From an uncultured bacterium (GTDB taxonomy: Bacteria > Verrucomicrobiota > Lentisphaeria > Victivallales > UBA1829), in NCBI GenBank assembly GCA_902780135.1, contig CACZEK010000003.1, forward strand, positions 65,560 through 129,559: a stretch of DNA of 64,000 nt. The letters are read 5' to 3'. Of this stretch, positions 18,926 to 27,905 are shown one piece after another. Numbering within the stretch: the stretch's first letter is position 1; each line of letters begins with the position of its first letter. Below the pieces are notes generated by a model. It was not told the DNA's origin. It did no database searches and saw only the letters and a program-made list of their open reading frames with translations. The position numbers and the translations under genes are program-made.

Positions 18926-18983
18926 TGGTTGTGGATGACACGTCCGGCTCCGACGTTTTCCCCGTCCGCGCCGGTCGGGGCAC

Positions 18984-19018
18984 AAAAAAACCGGGCAGAC
19001 CCGTGCGGGCCTGTCCGG
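18984..19018 (-). terminator. Rho-independent terminator after the 19046-20989 gene
   Basis: CCGGGCAGACCCG-TG-CGGGCCTGTCCGG hairpin with an adjacent A-run (U-tract on the minus strand). Confidence 0.65.
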
Positions 19019-19045
19019 ATGGATTCTGCCGGAATAAGCGGAGGA

Positions 19046-20989
19046 TTACTTCCTGTATTCCTTGGCGAAGACGAGGTTGGTGACTTTGTCCCTTGCCTTG
19101 TCATAGTAGAAAACGAGCGTGCCGGAGACGTTCTGTCCCTTCCAGTTGAACGTGTAGGGGAGGATCGTCTGCCCTTCGTCGTCCTTCGCGAGCTTGATGC
19201 GGGAGTAGACGTAGGGGAGGTTCTCGGAGGAGACGGCATTTTCGAAGGACTCCGCCTTTGCGATGGCTTCCTGCAGTTCGGATGCCGCATTGTCGCGGGC
19301 TTCCTGCAGCTCGTCGCGGTTGTCGTCGTCCGCATTTTTCAGTTCGGCGACCGCCGAATTGAACGCCTTTTCGGCGTCTTTCACGGCAGCTTGCGCGGCT
19401 TCGATCTCGTCGGCGTCGGCGATCTGCTGCGGCTTGGTCTTGCCGGAGAAGATGTTGGTGAACGCGGCGGAGTTCACGCCCTTGTCCTCGGCCGCATGGC
19501 CGTACTGCTCGGTGAGGGAGTCCTTGAAGCGGAGGAAATCCTGTCTGGAGCAGTCCTTCATGATGAGGACGACCTTGGACAGGCTGTTGGACACGTAGAC
19601 GAGGTCAATGGCGGCGGGTTCGCCCGCGATGCCCACGTCCATGCCTTCCGGCGGGAAGTTGATGACGTCGCGTCCGAGGGCGGGCTCGATGTGCGGGAAC
19701 TCGGGTTCCTGCCAGAGTGCGTAGCGGGCGTCGGCGATGGAGAATCCCCAACAGGCTTTCTTGTAGCCGCAGTCGGTGTCGATGCCCGAGTAGTTGTCGT
19801 ACGCGTTCTTCTGCTGCTTTTCCGCCTTGGCGATGACGGATTTGTACTTCGCCTGGGATTCCGCGTTGTCTTCCATCTTGATGGAGTCGTTGACCTGGAC
19901 TGTGCCGGCCTGGACGAACGCGCCGCCGCCCTGGCTGACGGACTCGACGGGTTCCGTCTTGTCCGCGATTTCGATGTCGTCCGGTTCTCCGTCGTCGGCG
20001 GGTTCAGCCTGCTTCACCTGGGTGGAGGGCTTCGGACGCGCCGACTTGCTCTTGTCCTTGACGATGCGGTCGATGTAGTTCTTGGCGATCTCCTGCGCCG
20101 TGCCCCAGTGGTCGGTGGTCGGATCGTAGATGTAGCCCGCGGTCTCGTTGCGCTTGAAGATCTCGCCCTTGAACTTTTCGTAGTAGTCGTTGATCTTTTC
20201 GATCTTGATGCGGTTGATCAGGTGGATATGCGTCTCCTTGTAGCGTTCGCGCATATACTTGTTCTTCTGCGGATCGAATCTGGAACGGGTCTCGTCGTTC
20301 AGGTCGACGAGGTTGATGATCTTGTCCTCGACGGTAATGGAGTTTTCCGTGACGCGGTAGAGCTTGCCCTTCACGGAGTAATGCTTCGGCCCCATGTTGT
20401 AGTTCACGACGACCGTGTCGCCGATCTTGTAGAGGGGAAACTCCGCCGCCGCTTCCGCTTCCACGACCTTCAGGGTCGTCGCGTCGTCGGAACCGTATTC
20501 CTGGTCGACCAGCGCTTTCGCGCGTTCGGTCAACGCCTTCAGGTCGACTTTCTCGAAGGGAACGGACGGGATGATCGGCATGTTCTTGCCGATGTCCTCC
20601 ATGATCTCGCCGACGATGTTCTTGTCGGAGAGGTCTTCCGTGGAGGCATAGCCGTCGATCGTGCTCTTGATGAGGTCGGTGCGGTGGTTGGAAAGCTGGT
20701 ATTTCGCGGCTTCGAGGGCGGCCTTGTCGCTCTTCGCCGTATTGCCTTTCGCGGCCGCGGTGTTCGCCTTGCCGGCGTTCGCCGCGGATTTCGCTCCGGC
20801 CGGATTCGCCTTCCCAGGCGCGCCCGCCTGCGGGAACCCGGCGGGGGCGCGTCCCGGTCCGCCCTGCATGCCCGGCATACCCTGCGGCATGCCCTGCGGG
20901 GAGAAATTGCCCTGGGCGGTCGCGGGGACGGACAACAGCATGCAGCCTGCGGCAAGCATGCTTCCAAAAACCCAAGTCGTGTTCTTCAT
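19046..20989 (-). CDS. Hypothetical exported protein (647 aa)
   Basis: Signal peptide MKNTTWVFGSMLAAGCMLLSVPATA; P/Q/G/M and A/K low-complexity N-terminus; strong host codon bias. Confidence 0.75.
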   Translation of the reverse strand: MKNTTWVFGSMLAAGCMLLSVPATAQGNFSPQGMPQGMPGMQGGPGRAPAGFPQAGAPGKANPAGAKSAANAGKANTAAAKGNTAKSDKAALEAAKYQLSNHRTDLIKSTIDGYASTEDLSDKNIVGEIMEDIGKNMPIIPSVPFEKVDLKALTERAKALVDQEYGSDDATTLKVVEAEAAAEFPLYKIGDTVVVNYNMGPKHYSVKGKLYRVTENSITVEDKIINLVDLNDETRSRFDPQKNKYMRERYKETHIHLINRIKIEKINDYYEKFKGEIFKRNETAGYIYDPTTDHWGTAQEIAKNYIDRIVKDKSKSARPKPSTQVKQAEPADDGEPDDIEIADKTEPVESVSQGGGAFVQAGTVQVNDSIKMEDNAESQAKYKSVIAKAEKQQKNAYDNYSGIDTDCGYKKACWGFSIADARYALWQEPEFPHIEPALGRDVINFPPEGMDVGIAGEPAAIDLVYVSNSLSKVVLIMKDCSRQDFLRFKDSLTEQYGHAAEDKGVNSAAFTNIFSGKTKPQQIADADEIEAAQAAVKDAEKAFNSAVAELKNADDDNRDELQEARDNAASELQEAIAKAESFENAVSSENLPYVYSRIKLAKDDEGQTILPYTFNWKGQNVSGTLVFYYDKARDKVTNLVFAKEYRK

Positions 20990-21085
20990 CTTCTGCTATT
21001 CCTTATATCGAGGTTTATGGATCGTATGAATGGAGCATTCCCCGTCGATTTCGGGAAAAAATCTCGGGAAACATCATACATTAAC

Positions 21086-21114
21086 TTGATTCTTGCAAGT
21101 TTTCAAGCTATAAT
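21086..21114 (+). promoter_or_regulatory. Sigma70-type promoter of rnhC
   Basis: TTGATT-17 nt-TATAAT. Confidence 0.6.
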
Positions 21115-21196
21115 AGAAAAGTTTTGGTATTTTTTTTGAAAAAAATCCTGTTCCGGTTGTTCTTTCCGTCCAAACCCCAAGATAGGAACCGCCATC

Positions 21197-22126
21197 GTGA
21201 GTGGTAAAACTTGTTTCGTCGCGACCCTGACCCCCGACCAGATGAACGCCCTCCGGGCAAACCTTGAGACGATCTCCGCGTGGGAGTTTTCGTCCGGACC
21301 GTACATGCTCTTCAAAGCCGCGCGCGAAAAAACGCAGGTGGCGGCGTACCGGTCCGGCAAGCTCGTCGTGCAGGGCGCGGGAACGCAGGACTTCGTTGAG
21401 TTCGTGCTGGAGCCCCTGATCGGGCTGACGCGGGACGAATCGGAGCCGCCGCCGCTGCTGGAGTTCAGGGACCCCCATGCGGGCATCGACGAAAGCGGCA
21501 AAGGGGATTTCTTCGGACCGCTGGTCGTGGCGTGCGTGTTCGTGGCGGACCGCGGGACCGCCGACGCGCTGGCGCAGGCCGGCGTGCGGGATTCCAAGGC
21601 GATCAAGGACGATTCGAAGATCGCCGCACTGGCGGAGACGGTCAAGACGGCGGTCGAAGGGAAGTTCGGCGTCGTGGTCATCGGCCCGGAGGCGTACAAC
21701 CGCACCTACGAGTCCATCGGCAACCTCAACCGTTTCCTCGCCTGGGGTCATGCCCGCGCCCTTGAGAATATGCTCAAGTTCGCCCCCGAATGCCGCCATG
21801 TGATCTCCGACCAGTTCGGAGACAAGCGCCTCGTGGAAAATGCCCTGCTCAAAAACGGCCGCGCGGTGCGCCTGGAACAGTTCCCGCGCGGCGAACGCGA
21901 CGTCGCCGTGGCCGCCGCCTCCATCCTGGCGCGCGCGGAATTCGTGCGGCGTCTCGCGAAGCTCGAAGAGGAGGCCGGCTGCCCCCTGCCGAAGGGCGCC
22001 GGAACGCAGGTCGACAAGACCGCGAAACAGCTTTTCCTGTCCGGCGGCGAACCCCTCCTGCGGAAGTTCGCGAAGATGCACTTCCGCACCGCGCGCAAGG
22101 CGATGGGGCTGCCCCTGGACGACTGA
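21197..22126 (+). CDS. rnhC: Ribonuclease HIII
   Basis: N-terminal TBP-like domain (YRSGKLVVQG), GIDESGKGDFFGPLV, GVRDSK, ISDQF, VAAASILAR. Confidence 0.95.
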   Translation: MSGKTCFVATLTPDQMNALRANLETISAWEFSSGPYMLFKAAREKTQVAAYRSGKLVVQGAGTQDFVEFVLEPLIGLTRDESEPPPLLEFRDPHAGIDESGKGDFFGPLVVACVFVADRGTADALAQAGVRDSKAIKDDSKIAALAETVKTAVEGKFGVVVIGPEAYNRTYESIGNLNRFLAWGHARALENMLKFAPECRHVISDQFGDKRLVENALLKNGRAVRLEQFPRGERDVAVAAASILARAEFVRRLAKLEEEAGCPLPKGAGTQVDKTAKQLFLSGGEPLLRKFAKMHFRTARKAMGLPLDD

Positions 22127-22234
22127 ATTGCCTCCGAGGGGGGGCGATCCGGTGCAGACACGGACATTTTGCGGAAAACCCTTCCCGCCGGGAAAAAGAA
22201 TCGGGCGCAAAACGTTTTTTTCTCGAAAAAAGGA

Positions 22235-22263
22235 TTGCTTTTTCTCCCGCGCGATGCTATATT
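22235..22263 (+). promoter_or_regulatory. Sigma70-type promoter of fba
   Basis: TTGCTT-17 nt-TATATT with TG extended -10. Confidence 0.5.
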
Positions 22264-22310
22264 AATATGATGGATTTCTTTCAACCCTAATCATAGGAAA
22301 GGACAACCGT

Positions 22311-23285
22311 ATGGTCAACTACAAAGATCTCGGACTGGTCAACACCCGCGACATGTTCAAAAAGGCGATGGCCGGCCACTATGCGATCCCCGCGTTCAAC
22401 TTCAACAACATGGAACAGCTCCAGGCGATCATCGCCGCCTGCTCCGAAGAAGAATCCCCCGTGATCCTTCAGGTCTCCAAGGGCGCCCGCAACTACGCCA
22501 ACCAGACCCTCCTCCGCTACCTCGCGCAGGGCGCTGTCGAATACGCCCGTGAAATCGGCGGCGGCAAGGTGATCCCGATCGCCCTCCACCTCGACCACGG
22601 CGATTCCTTCGAACTCTGCCAGAGCTGCATCGAGTTCGGTTTCTCCTCCGTCATGATCGACGGCTCCTCCAAGTCCTTTGACGACAACGTCGCCCTGACC
22701 AAGAAGGTCGTCGAATACGCCCACCAGTTCGACGTCACGGTCGAAGGCGAACTCGGCGTCCTCGCTGGCGTCGAAGACGAAGTCAAGGCCGAGCAGCACA
22801 CCTACACCCGTCCGGAAGAAGTCCAGGCGTTCCTGAACGGCACCGGCGTCGACTCCCTCGCCATTTCCATCGGCACCAGCCACGGCGCCTACAAGTTCAA
22901 ACCCGGCACGGATCCCCGCATCCGCCTCGACATCCTCAAGCAGATCGAAGAGCGCATCCCCGGATTCCCGATCGTCCTCCACGGTTCCTCCTCCGTCCCG
23001 CAGGAATACGTCCAGATGATCAACCAGTACGGCGGCCAGCTCAAGGACGCCATCGGCATCGGCGAAGACCAGCTCCGCGAAGCTTCCAAGTCCGCCGTCT
23101 GCAAGATCAACATCGACTCCGACGGCCGTCTCGCCATGACCGCCGGCGTCCGCAAGGTCCTCATGGAAAAGCCCGCGGAATTCGACCCCCGCAAGTATCT
23201 CGGCCCCGCCCGCGATATGCTCAAGGAACTCTACAAGCACAAAGTCATCAACGTGCTCGGTTCCGCCCACCACGCCTTCGATTGA
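22311..23285 (+). CDS. fba: Class II fructose-1,6-bisphosphate aldolase
   Basis: HLDHG, SVMIDGS, VEGELG, SIGTSHGAYK, VLHGSS, KINIDSD. Confidence 0.97.
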   Translation: MVNYKDLGLVNTRDMFKKAMAGHYAIPAFNFNNMEQLQAIIAACSEEESPVILQVSKGARNYANQTLLRYLAQGAVEYAREIGGGKVIPIALHLDHGDSFELCQSCIEFGFSSVMIDGSSKSFDDNVALTKKVVEYAHQFDVTVEGELGVLAGVEDEVKAEQHTYTRPEEVQAFLNGTGVDSLAISIGTSHGAYKFKPGTDPRIRLDILKQIEERIPGFPIVLHGSSSVPQEYVQMINQYGGQLKDAIGIGEDQLREASKSAVCKINIDSDGRLAMTAGVRKVLMEKPAEFDPRKYLGPARDMLKELYKHKVINVLGSAHHAFD

Positions 23286-23314
23286 TCCTTCGATCATCCT
23301 CAGCGTCATTCGCG

Positions 23315-23426
23315 CCGCTCTCTCTTCACCGGGGGAGCGGCTTTTTTGCGGACCGTTCCCTCTTTGCCGGGGGAGCGGCTTTTTTGCGGACCGTTCCCTC
23401 TTTGCCGGGGGAGCGGTTTTTCTTTT
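23315..23426 (+). terminator. Three tandem Rho-independent terminators generated by a 38-nt tandem repeat
   Basis: Unit CCGGGGGAGCGGCTTTTTTGCGGACCGTTCCCTCTTTG at 23329 and 23367, partial at 23405; each junction forms a CCGYTCYC/GGGAGCGG hairpin plus T-run. Confidence 0.75.
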
Positions 23427-23456
23427 ATTAATTTGCGCCTGCGTATATGATTTTGC

Positions 23457-23484
23457 TTGATTTTTTCAGTTTTTATGCTAAAAT
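23457..23484 (+). promoter_or_regulatory. Sigma70-type promoter of the TRAP operon
   Basis: TTGATT-16 nt-TAAAAT with TG extended -10. Confidence 0.45.
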
Positions 23485-23551
23485 ATAACAATTCGCATCA
23501 GTCTTTTTTTCTCATTCCATATTTTACCGCGAAAGGACGAGTATCCGCATC

Positions 23552-24589
23552 ATGTCTCAATCTCAATCGACCCGCAAGACGTTCTCGAATCCCGTTTCCT
23601 GGTGGATTCTCAACATTCTGACGACGTGTTTCATCGCCACCGCCATTGCCGCGTTCGCGGTCCGGTCCGTCAGATCATCCGGAGGTTCCGGCAGTGTCCG
23701 CGTGCTCCGCCTGGGGCACGGCCTCTCCGCCGACCATCCGGTCCACCAGGCGATGCTCCACATGTCCGAACGGCTGCGCGAGCTTTCCGCCGGCACGATG
23801 GACCTCCAGATTTACCCGAGCGGCATGATCGGCTCCGAGGACGAATGTTTCAAGCAGGCGCAGAACGCGCAGATCGAGTTCGCGAAATGCTCCGCCGCCG
23901 TGCTTGACGGCTCCGTGCCGGAGTTCCAGGTGGTCGGCGCGCCGTTCCTGTTCCGCGATTCCGACCATTTCTGGGCGGTGATGAACGGCGAGATCGGCAA
24001 GTCCCTCCTGCGGAAGCTCGACGGTCTGATGGGCATCTGCTATTTCGACGCGGGCGCGCGCAGCCTGTACACCACGAAGAAGCCGGTGCGTTCCGCCGCC
24101 GACATGAAGGGCCTGAAGATCCGCACGCAGAAGAGCTCCATCGCCATGCAGTCGATGGAGGCGCTGGGCGCATCTCCGACCCCGATTTCCTGGGGCGAGC
24201 TCTACACTGCCCTTTCGCAGGGCACCGTGGACGCCGCCGAGAACAACATCCCGAGCTTCGTGACCGGACGCCATTTCGAGGTGTGCAAATACTTCATATT
24301 CACGGAGCACCAGCGCGTCCCCGACGTGCTCGTGATGAGCAGGAAGATATGGGACGAGCTCACCGCCGAGCAGAAGAGCTGGATCGAACAGGCCGCCGCG
24401 GATGCGAACGTGTTCCAGCGTCAGGCATGGCGCGAGTCCGAGGTCGTCAACGAGCAGATCGCGCGCGAAGCGGGCGTTGAGTTCATCACCGTCGACCGCG
24501 CGCCGTTCATCGAACTTTCCAAACCGATTTACGATGCGTTCCCCGCTGAACTGCAGGACCTCGCGAAGCGCATCCGGGAGGTCAAGTGA
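23552..24589 (+). CDS. dctP: TRAP transporter substrate-binding protein
   Basis: LRLGHG...HP, IYPSGMIG, MKGLKIR, PTPISWGELYTALSQGTVDAAENN. Confidence 0.95.
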   Translation: MSQSQSTRKTFSNPVSWWILNILTTCFIATAIAAFAVRSVRSSGGSGSVRVLRLGHGLSADHPVHQAMLHMSERLRELSAGTMDLQIYPSGMIGSEDECFKQAQNAQIEFAKCSAAVLDGSVPEFQVVGAPFLFRDSDHFWAVMNGEIGKSLLRKLDGLMGICYFDAGARSLYTTKKPVRSAADMKGLKIRTQKSSIAMQSMEALGASPTPISWGELYTALSQGTVDAAENNIPSFVTGRHFEVCKYFIFTEHQRVPDVLVMSRKIWDELTAEQKSWIEQAAADANVFQRQAWRESEVVNEQIAREAGVEFITVDRAPFIELSKPIYDAFPAELQDLAKRIREVK

Positions 24590-25080
24590 TGCAAAAAGTC
24601 CATACCGTTATGGTCAGAATCCTGAGTTTCCTGCTGGAAACCAGCATGGCGGTCCTGGTGCTTGACGTGCTCCTCGGCGTCGTTTCACGCTACGTTGTGG
24701 GCAAGCAGGTGTCCTGGACCGAGGAGCTCGCCTGCCTGCTGCTCGTCTGGTCCTCCTTCTTCGGCATCGCCCTCGCGTTCAACAGCCGTTCCCACCTCGG
24801 CATCGACCTCATCGTGAACATGATGACCGACGCCCCGCGCAAGACCGCGGCGACGATCGCCCACCTCGTGACGATTGCGTTCACCGTCACCGCCTTCCTT
24901 TACGGCGGCTGCTTCCTGCTGCACAAGGCGATGTTCGTCACCCGGAACGTGATGCCCGCGCTCCAGATCCCGGACGCCGTGATGTACCTGCCGATCCCGG
25001 TCTGCGGCATCTTCATCCTTTATTTCGAAATCCGCAGTTTTGCCGCCGATCTCCGCGGCGCGGACGAAAAGGAGGCGTGA
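24589..25080 (+). CDS. dctQ: TRAP transporter small permease
   Basis: 4 TM; SWTEELA, SHLGID; between dctP and dctM. Confidence 0.93.
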   Translation: MQKVHTVMVRILSFLLETSMAVLVLDVLLGVVSRYVVGKQVSWTEELACLLLVWSSFFGIALAFNSRSHLGIDLIVNMMTDAPRKTAATIAHLVTIAFTVTAFLYGGCFLLHKAMFVTRNVMPALQIPDAVMYLPIPVCGIFILYFEIRSFAADLRGADEKEA

Positions 25081-25082
25081 AC

Positions 25083-26378
25083 ATGGAATGCGTGGGCTTC
25101 ATCCTTGCGCTGATCTTCTTCTCGCTGCTCTTCCTGAACGTCCCGGTCGCCGTGGCGATCGGATCCGCCACCATGCTCGGCGTGGCGGTCGCGGGCGGCA
25201 CGTTCCGTCCCGAGATCATCGTTCCGGAACGCATGATGTTCGGCATCAACTCGTTCCCGCTGCTCGCCATCCCGTTCTTCGTGCTGTCGGGCATCCTGAT
25301 GGGGCGCGGCGGCATGGCGCGCCGCCTGATCGACTTCGCCTCTGCGCTGGTCGGGCATCTGCCCGGCGGCCTGGCGTATGCCAACACGATCACCTGCATG
25401 CTGTTCGGCTCGATCTCCGGTTCCGCGGGCGCGGCGGTCGCCAGCGTGGGCGGCTTCATGATCCCGGAAATGGTCGAAAAGGGCTATGACCGGAACTTCT
25501 CGACGGCGCTGACCACGACGTCCGCCACGACCGGCCTCGTGATCCCGCCGTCCAACATCATGATCGTGTACGCGGTGGCATGCGGCTCCGTGTCGATCGC
25601 GGCGATGTTCCTCGCCGGCGTCGTGCCGGGCATCGTGATGGGCCTCTGCATCATCGCGGCGTGCGTGATCCATGCGGTCCGCTCCGGCGCGAAGTTCGAG
25701 AAACGCGTGCCGTTCTCCGTCCTGTGGACCACGTTCCGCCGCGCGTTCCTGAGCCTCTTCCTGATGGTCGTCATCATCGGCGGCATCCTGAAGGGCATCT
25801 TCACCGCCACGGAGGCCGCCGCCGTCGCCGTCGCATACGCGTTCATCCTGAGCGTGTTCCTGTACCGCGAAGTCAAGTTCGGGGACCTTCCCGGCATCCT
25901 GAAGGAGACCGGCATCACCACCGCCGTCGTGATGTTCCTGATCGGCGTCAGCTCCTCCATGAGCTGGATCATGACCGTGGCGAACATCCCCGGCACCGTG
26001 AGCGCGTGGATGATGTCGCTCTCGTCCAGCCCGGTCGTCATCCTGATCTTCATCAACATCCTCCTGCTGGTCGTCGGCGCGTTCATGGACATGACGCCCG
26101 CCGTCCTGATCTTCACCCCGATCTTCCTCCCGATCGTGCGCGAATTCGGCATGACGGACATCCAGTTCGGCATCATGATGATCGCGAACCTCTGCATCGG
26201 CCTCTGCACGCCGCCCGTCGGCACCTGCCTCTTCATCGGCTGCGGCATCGGCAAGACCTCGATCGCGAAGGTCACCCCCGCCATGATCCCGTTCTGGATC
26301 GCGATGGTCGTTTCGGTGGCGCTGATCACGTACGTCCCGTGGCTTTCCACCTGGCTGCCCTCGCTGCTGGGCAAGTAA
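25083..26378 (+). CDS. dctM: TRAP transporter large permease
   Basis: SFPLLAIPFF, FGSISGSAGA, IPPSNIMIVY, MDMTPAVLI, GLCTPPVG. Confidence 0.96.
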   Translation: MECVGFILALIFFSLLFLNVPVAVAIGSATMLGVAVAGGTFRPEIIVPERMMFGINSFPLLAIPFFVLSGILMGRGGMARRLIDFASALVGHLPGGLAYANTITCMLFGSISGSAGAAVASVGGFMIPEMVEKGYDRNFSTALTTTSATTGLVIPPSNIMIVYAVACGSVSIAAMFLAGVVPGIVMGLCIIAACVIHAVRSGAKFEKRVPFSVLWTTFRRAFLSLFLMVVIIGGILKGIFTATEAAAVAVAYAFILSVFLYREVKFGDLPGILKETGITTAVVMFLIGVSSSMSWIMTVANIPGTVSAWMMSLSSSPVVILIFINILLLVVGAFMDMTPAVLIFTPIFLPIVREFGMTDIQFGIMMIANLCIGLCTPPVGTCLFIGCGIGKTSIAKVTPAMIPFWIAMVVSVALITYVPWLSTWLPSLLGK

Positions 26379-26407
26379 TGCCGCGGACTTCAATCATCCG
26401 ACAAAAA

Positions 26408-26439
26408 AACGGCTGCCGTTTTCACGAACGGCGGCCGTT
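26408..26439. terminator. Bidirectional terminator between convergent dctM and the metF-like gene
   Basis: AACGGCTGCCGTT-6 nt-AACGGCGGCCGTT flanked by an A-run and a T-rich tail. Confidence 0.65.
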
Positions 26440-26465
26440 GATTTTATGTGGGGAAAAGGGGAAAC

Positions 26466-27905
26466 TCAGGGGCGTTCCTCGACGGGCGGGACGACGCCTT
26501 CCTCAAGCGAGGAATAGTCGATGCGGCTGTCGGCGATCCTGAGGCGTTTTGCGAAGACGCATTCCGCGTCCATGAGCTCGCAGTCGCCGTTTGCCTTGCC
26601 GCAGCCGCAGGACCCGTTCGCGAGTCCTTTCGGGCACGTTTCCGGGCAGACGTAGTCGGTCTGCGGCAGCCTGCACCGGCTGCATCCCCGGCAGGAGACG
26701 AGCATCTTCTTGGTCAGGCGGCGTTCCCGCGCCGGCAGCTTGTCCGCGTTCGCGAAAAGCGAAGCCGCGAGGTTATGGCGGAACCGTTCCGATTTTGTCA
26801 GCGGGCGGATCCCCGCCGCGAGCGCCAGCTGGTCGGCGGGCAGGTCGGACTCCAGCAGTTTGCCGAAGAGATAGAATTCGTTCGGGTAGGGCGCCATGTC
26901 GAGGCGGTCGTAGTATTCCTCGTAGGCGGTGCGCCAGTCCTCGAATGTCCGGAATTCCTGGAACGCCTCGCGTATCTTCTGGAAGATGGTTTCGAGGAGG
27001 GCGACGTTCGTGACGCCCGCGATCTGGACCGCGCTGAACCCGAGCAGGCGCGCCCCGGCGGCATGGATCTGGATGCGGCGGAGCTGGGCGGCCTCGAACT
27101 GCGCGAACGAGTGGCTGCGTTCGTTCTTCAGGAGCACCTCGAAATCGGGCGAGATGTGGACCCCGTGGAATGCGCCCGCGCAGAGCTGTTCGGCGTTGTC
27201 GGGCGTCAGGAACATCAGCCGCGCCACGGTCGGGATGTTGATCTCGCGGCGGAAGAGGTTCCAGATCAGCTCCTGGAGCTTCATCATGTCCCAGCCGTAC
27301 TGCGCCACCAGATAGTCCGCCCCGTTGGCGAGCTTGCGGAACATCTTGAACGACTGGGCGTAGGCGGATTCCGGCGTGTACTGGTATGGATTGACCGCCG
27401 CCCCGACTGATATCGAGGGAAGCTCCGCGTCCCGGATCGCGCCGAGCATGTTGACGCTCTCCAGAAACACGTGTTTTGCCGTCTGTGCCGCGGTTTCGCC
27501 GGGGACCGCCGCCCCGGTCACGGCGCAGAAGTTCTTGAATCCCTCGGAATGCGCGCAGCGCACCGTTTCCAGGATGTCCTTGACCGTGTGGTCGCGTCCG
27601 TGCAGATAGAGCACGTGGCGGTCGCGGGAGTATTTGCAGAGTTCCGATGCGAACTGCACCATGTCGAGCGCATCGCCCGCGGGGGATTCGTCGATGAACG
27701 CGATGGACGCCTTCGGGTGTTCCTGCGAGTGGACCAGGTACTCGAAATCGGCGGCCCGGCGCACGGCGTCGGTCATCGGCGTGTCGGCGGAGGGGACGGG
27801 GAGCTCGGCGACGAGCTGAAATTCGCCGAGGTCGAACCTCTGCTTGAAACGGTTTTCGTTGGTGCCGTCGAAATTCATTTCCAGCTGGATGGATTCCCGG
27901 GTCAT
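26466..27905 (-). CDS. Methylenetetrahydrofolate reductase-like protein: MetF-type barrel fused to a C-terminal Cys-rich MetV/MTHFR_C domain
   Basis: AVNP, KxxRKLANGADYLVAQ; C-terminal CRGCSRC...CPETCPKGLANGSCG...DCE...CVF. Confidence 0.75.
   Translation of the reverse strand: MTRESIQLEMNFDGTNENRFKQRFDLGEFQLVAELPVPSADTPMTDAVRRAADFEYLVHSQEHPKASIAFIDESPAGDALDMVQFASELCKYSRDRHVLYLHGRDHTVKDILETVRCAHSEGFKNFCAVTGAAVPGETAAQTAKHVFLESVNMLGAIRDAELPSISVGAAVNPYQYTPESAYAQSFKMFRKLANGADYLVAQYGWDMMKLQELIWNLFRREINIPTVARLMFLTPDNAEQLCAGAFHGVHISPDFEVLLKNERSHSFAQFEAAQLRRIQIHAAGARLLGFSAVQIAGVTNVALLETIFQKIREAFQEFRTFEDWRTAYEEYYDRLDMAPYPNEFYLFGKLLESDLPADQLALAAGIRPLTKSERFRHNLAASLFANADKLPARERRLTKKMLVSCRGCSRCRLPQTDYVCPETCPKGLANGSCGCGKANGDCELMDAECVFAKRLRIADSRIDYSSLEEGVVPPVEERP

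Noticed and set aside
23329-23416. 38-nt direct repeats as a mini-CRISPR
   Set aside because: The repeats are contiguous with no spacers and are fully explained as duplicated terminators.
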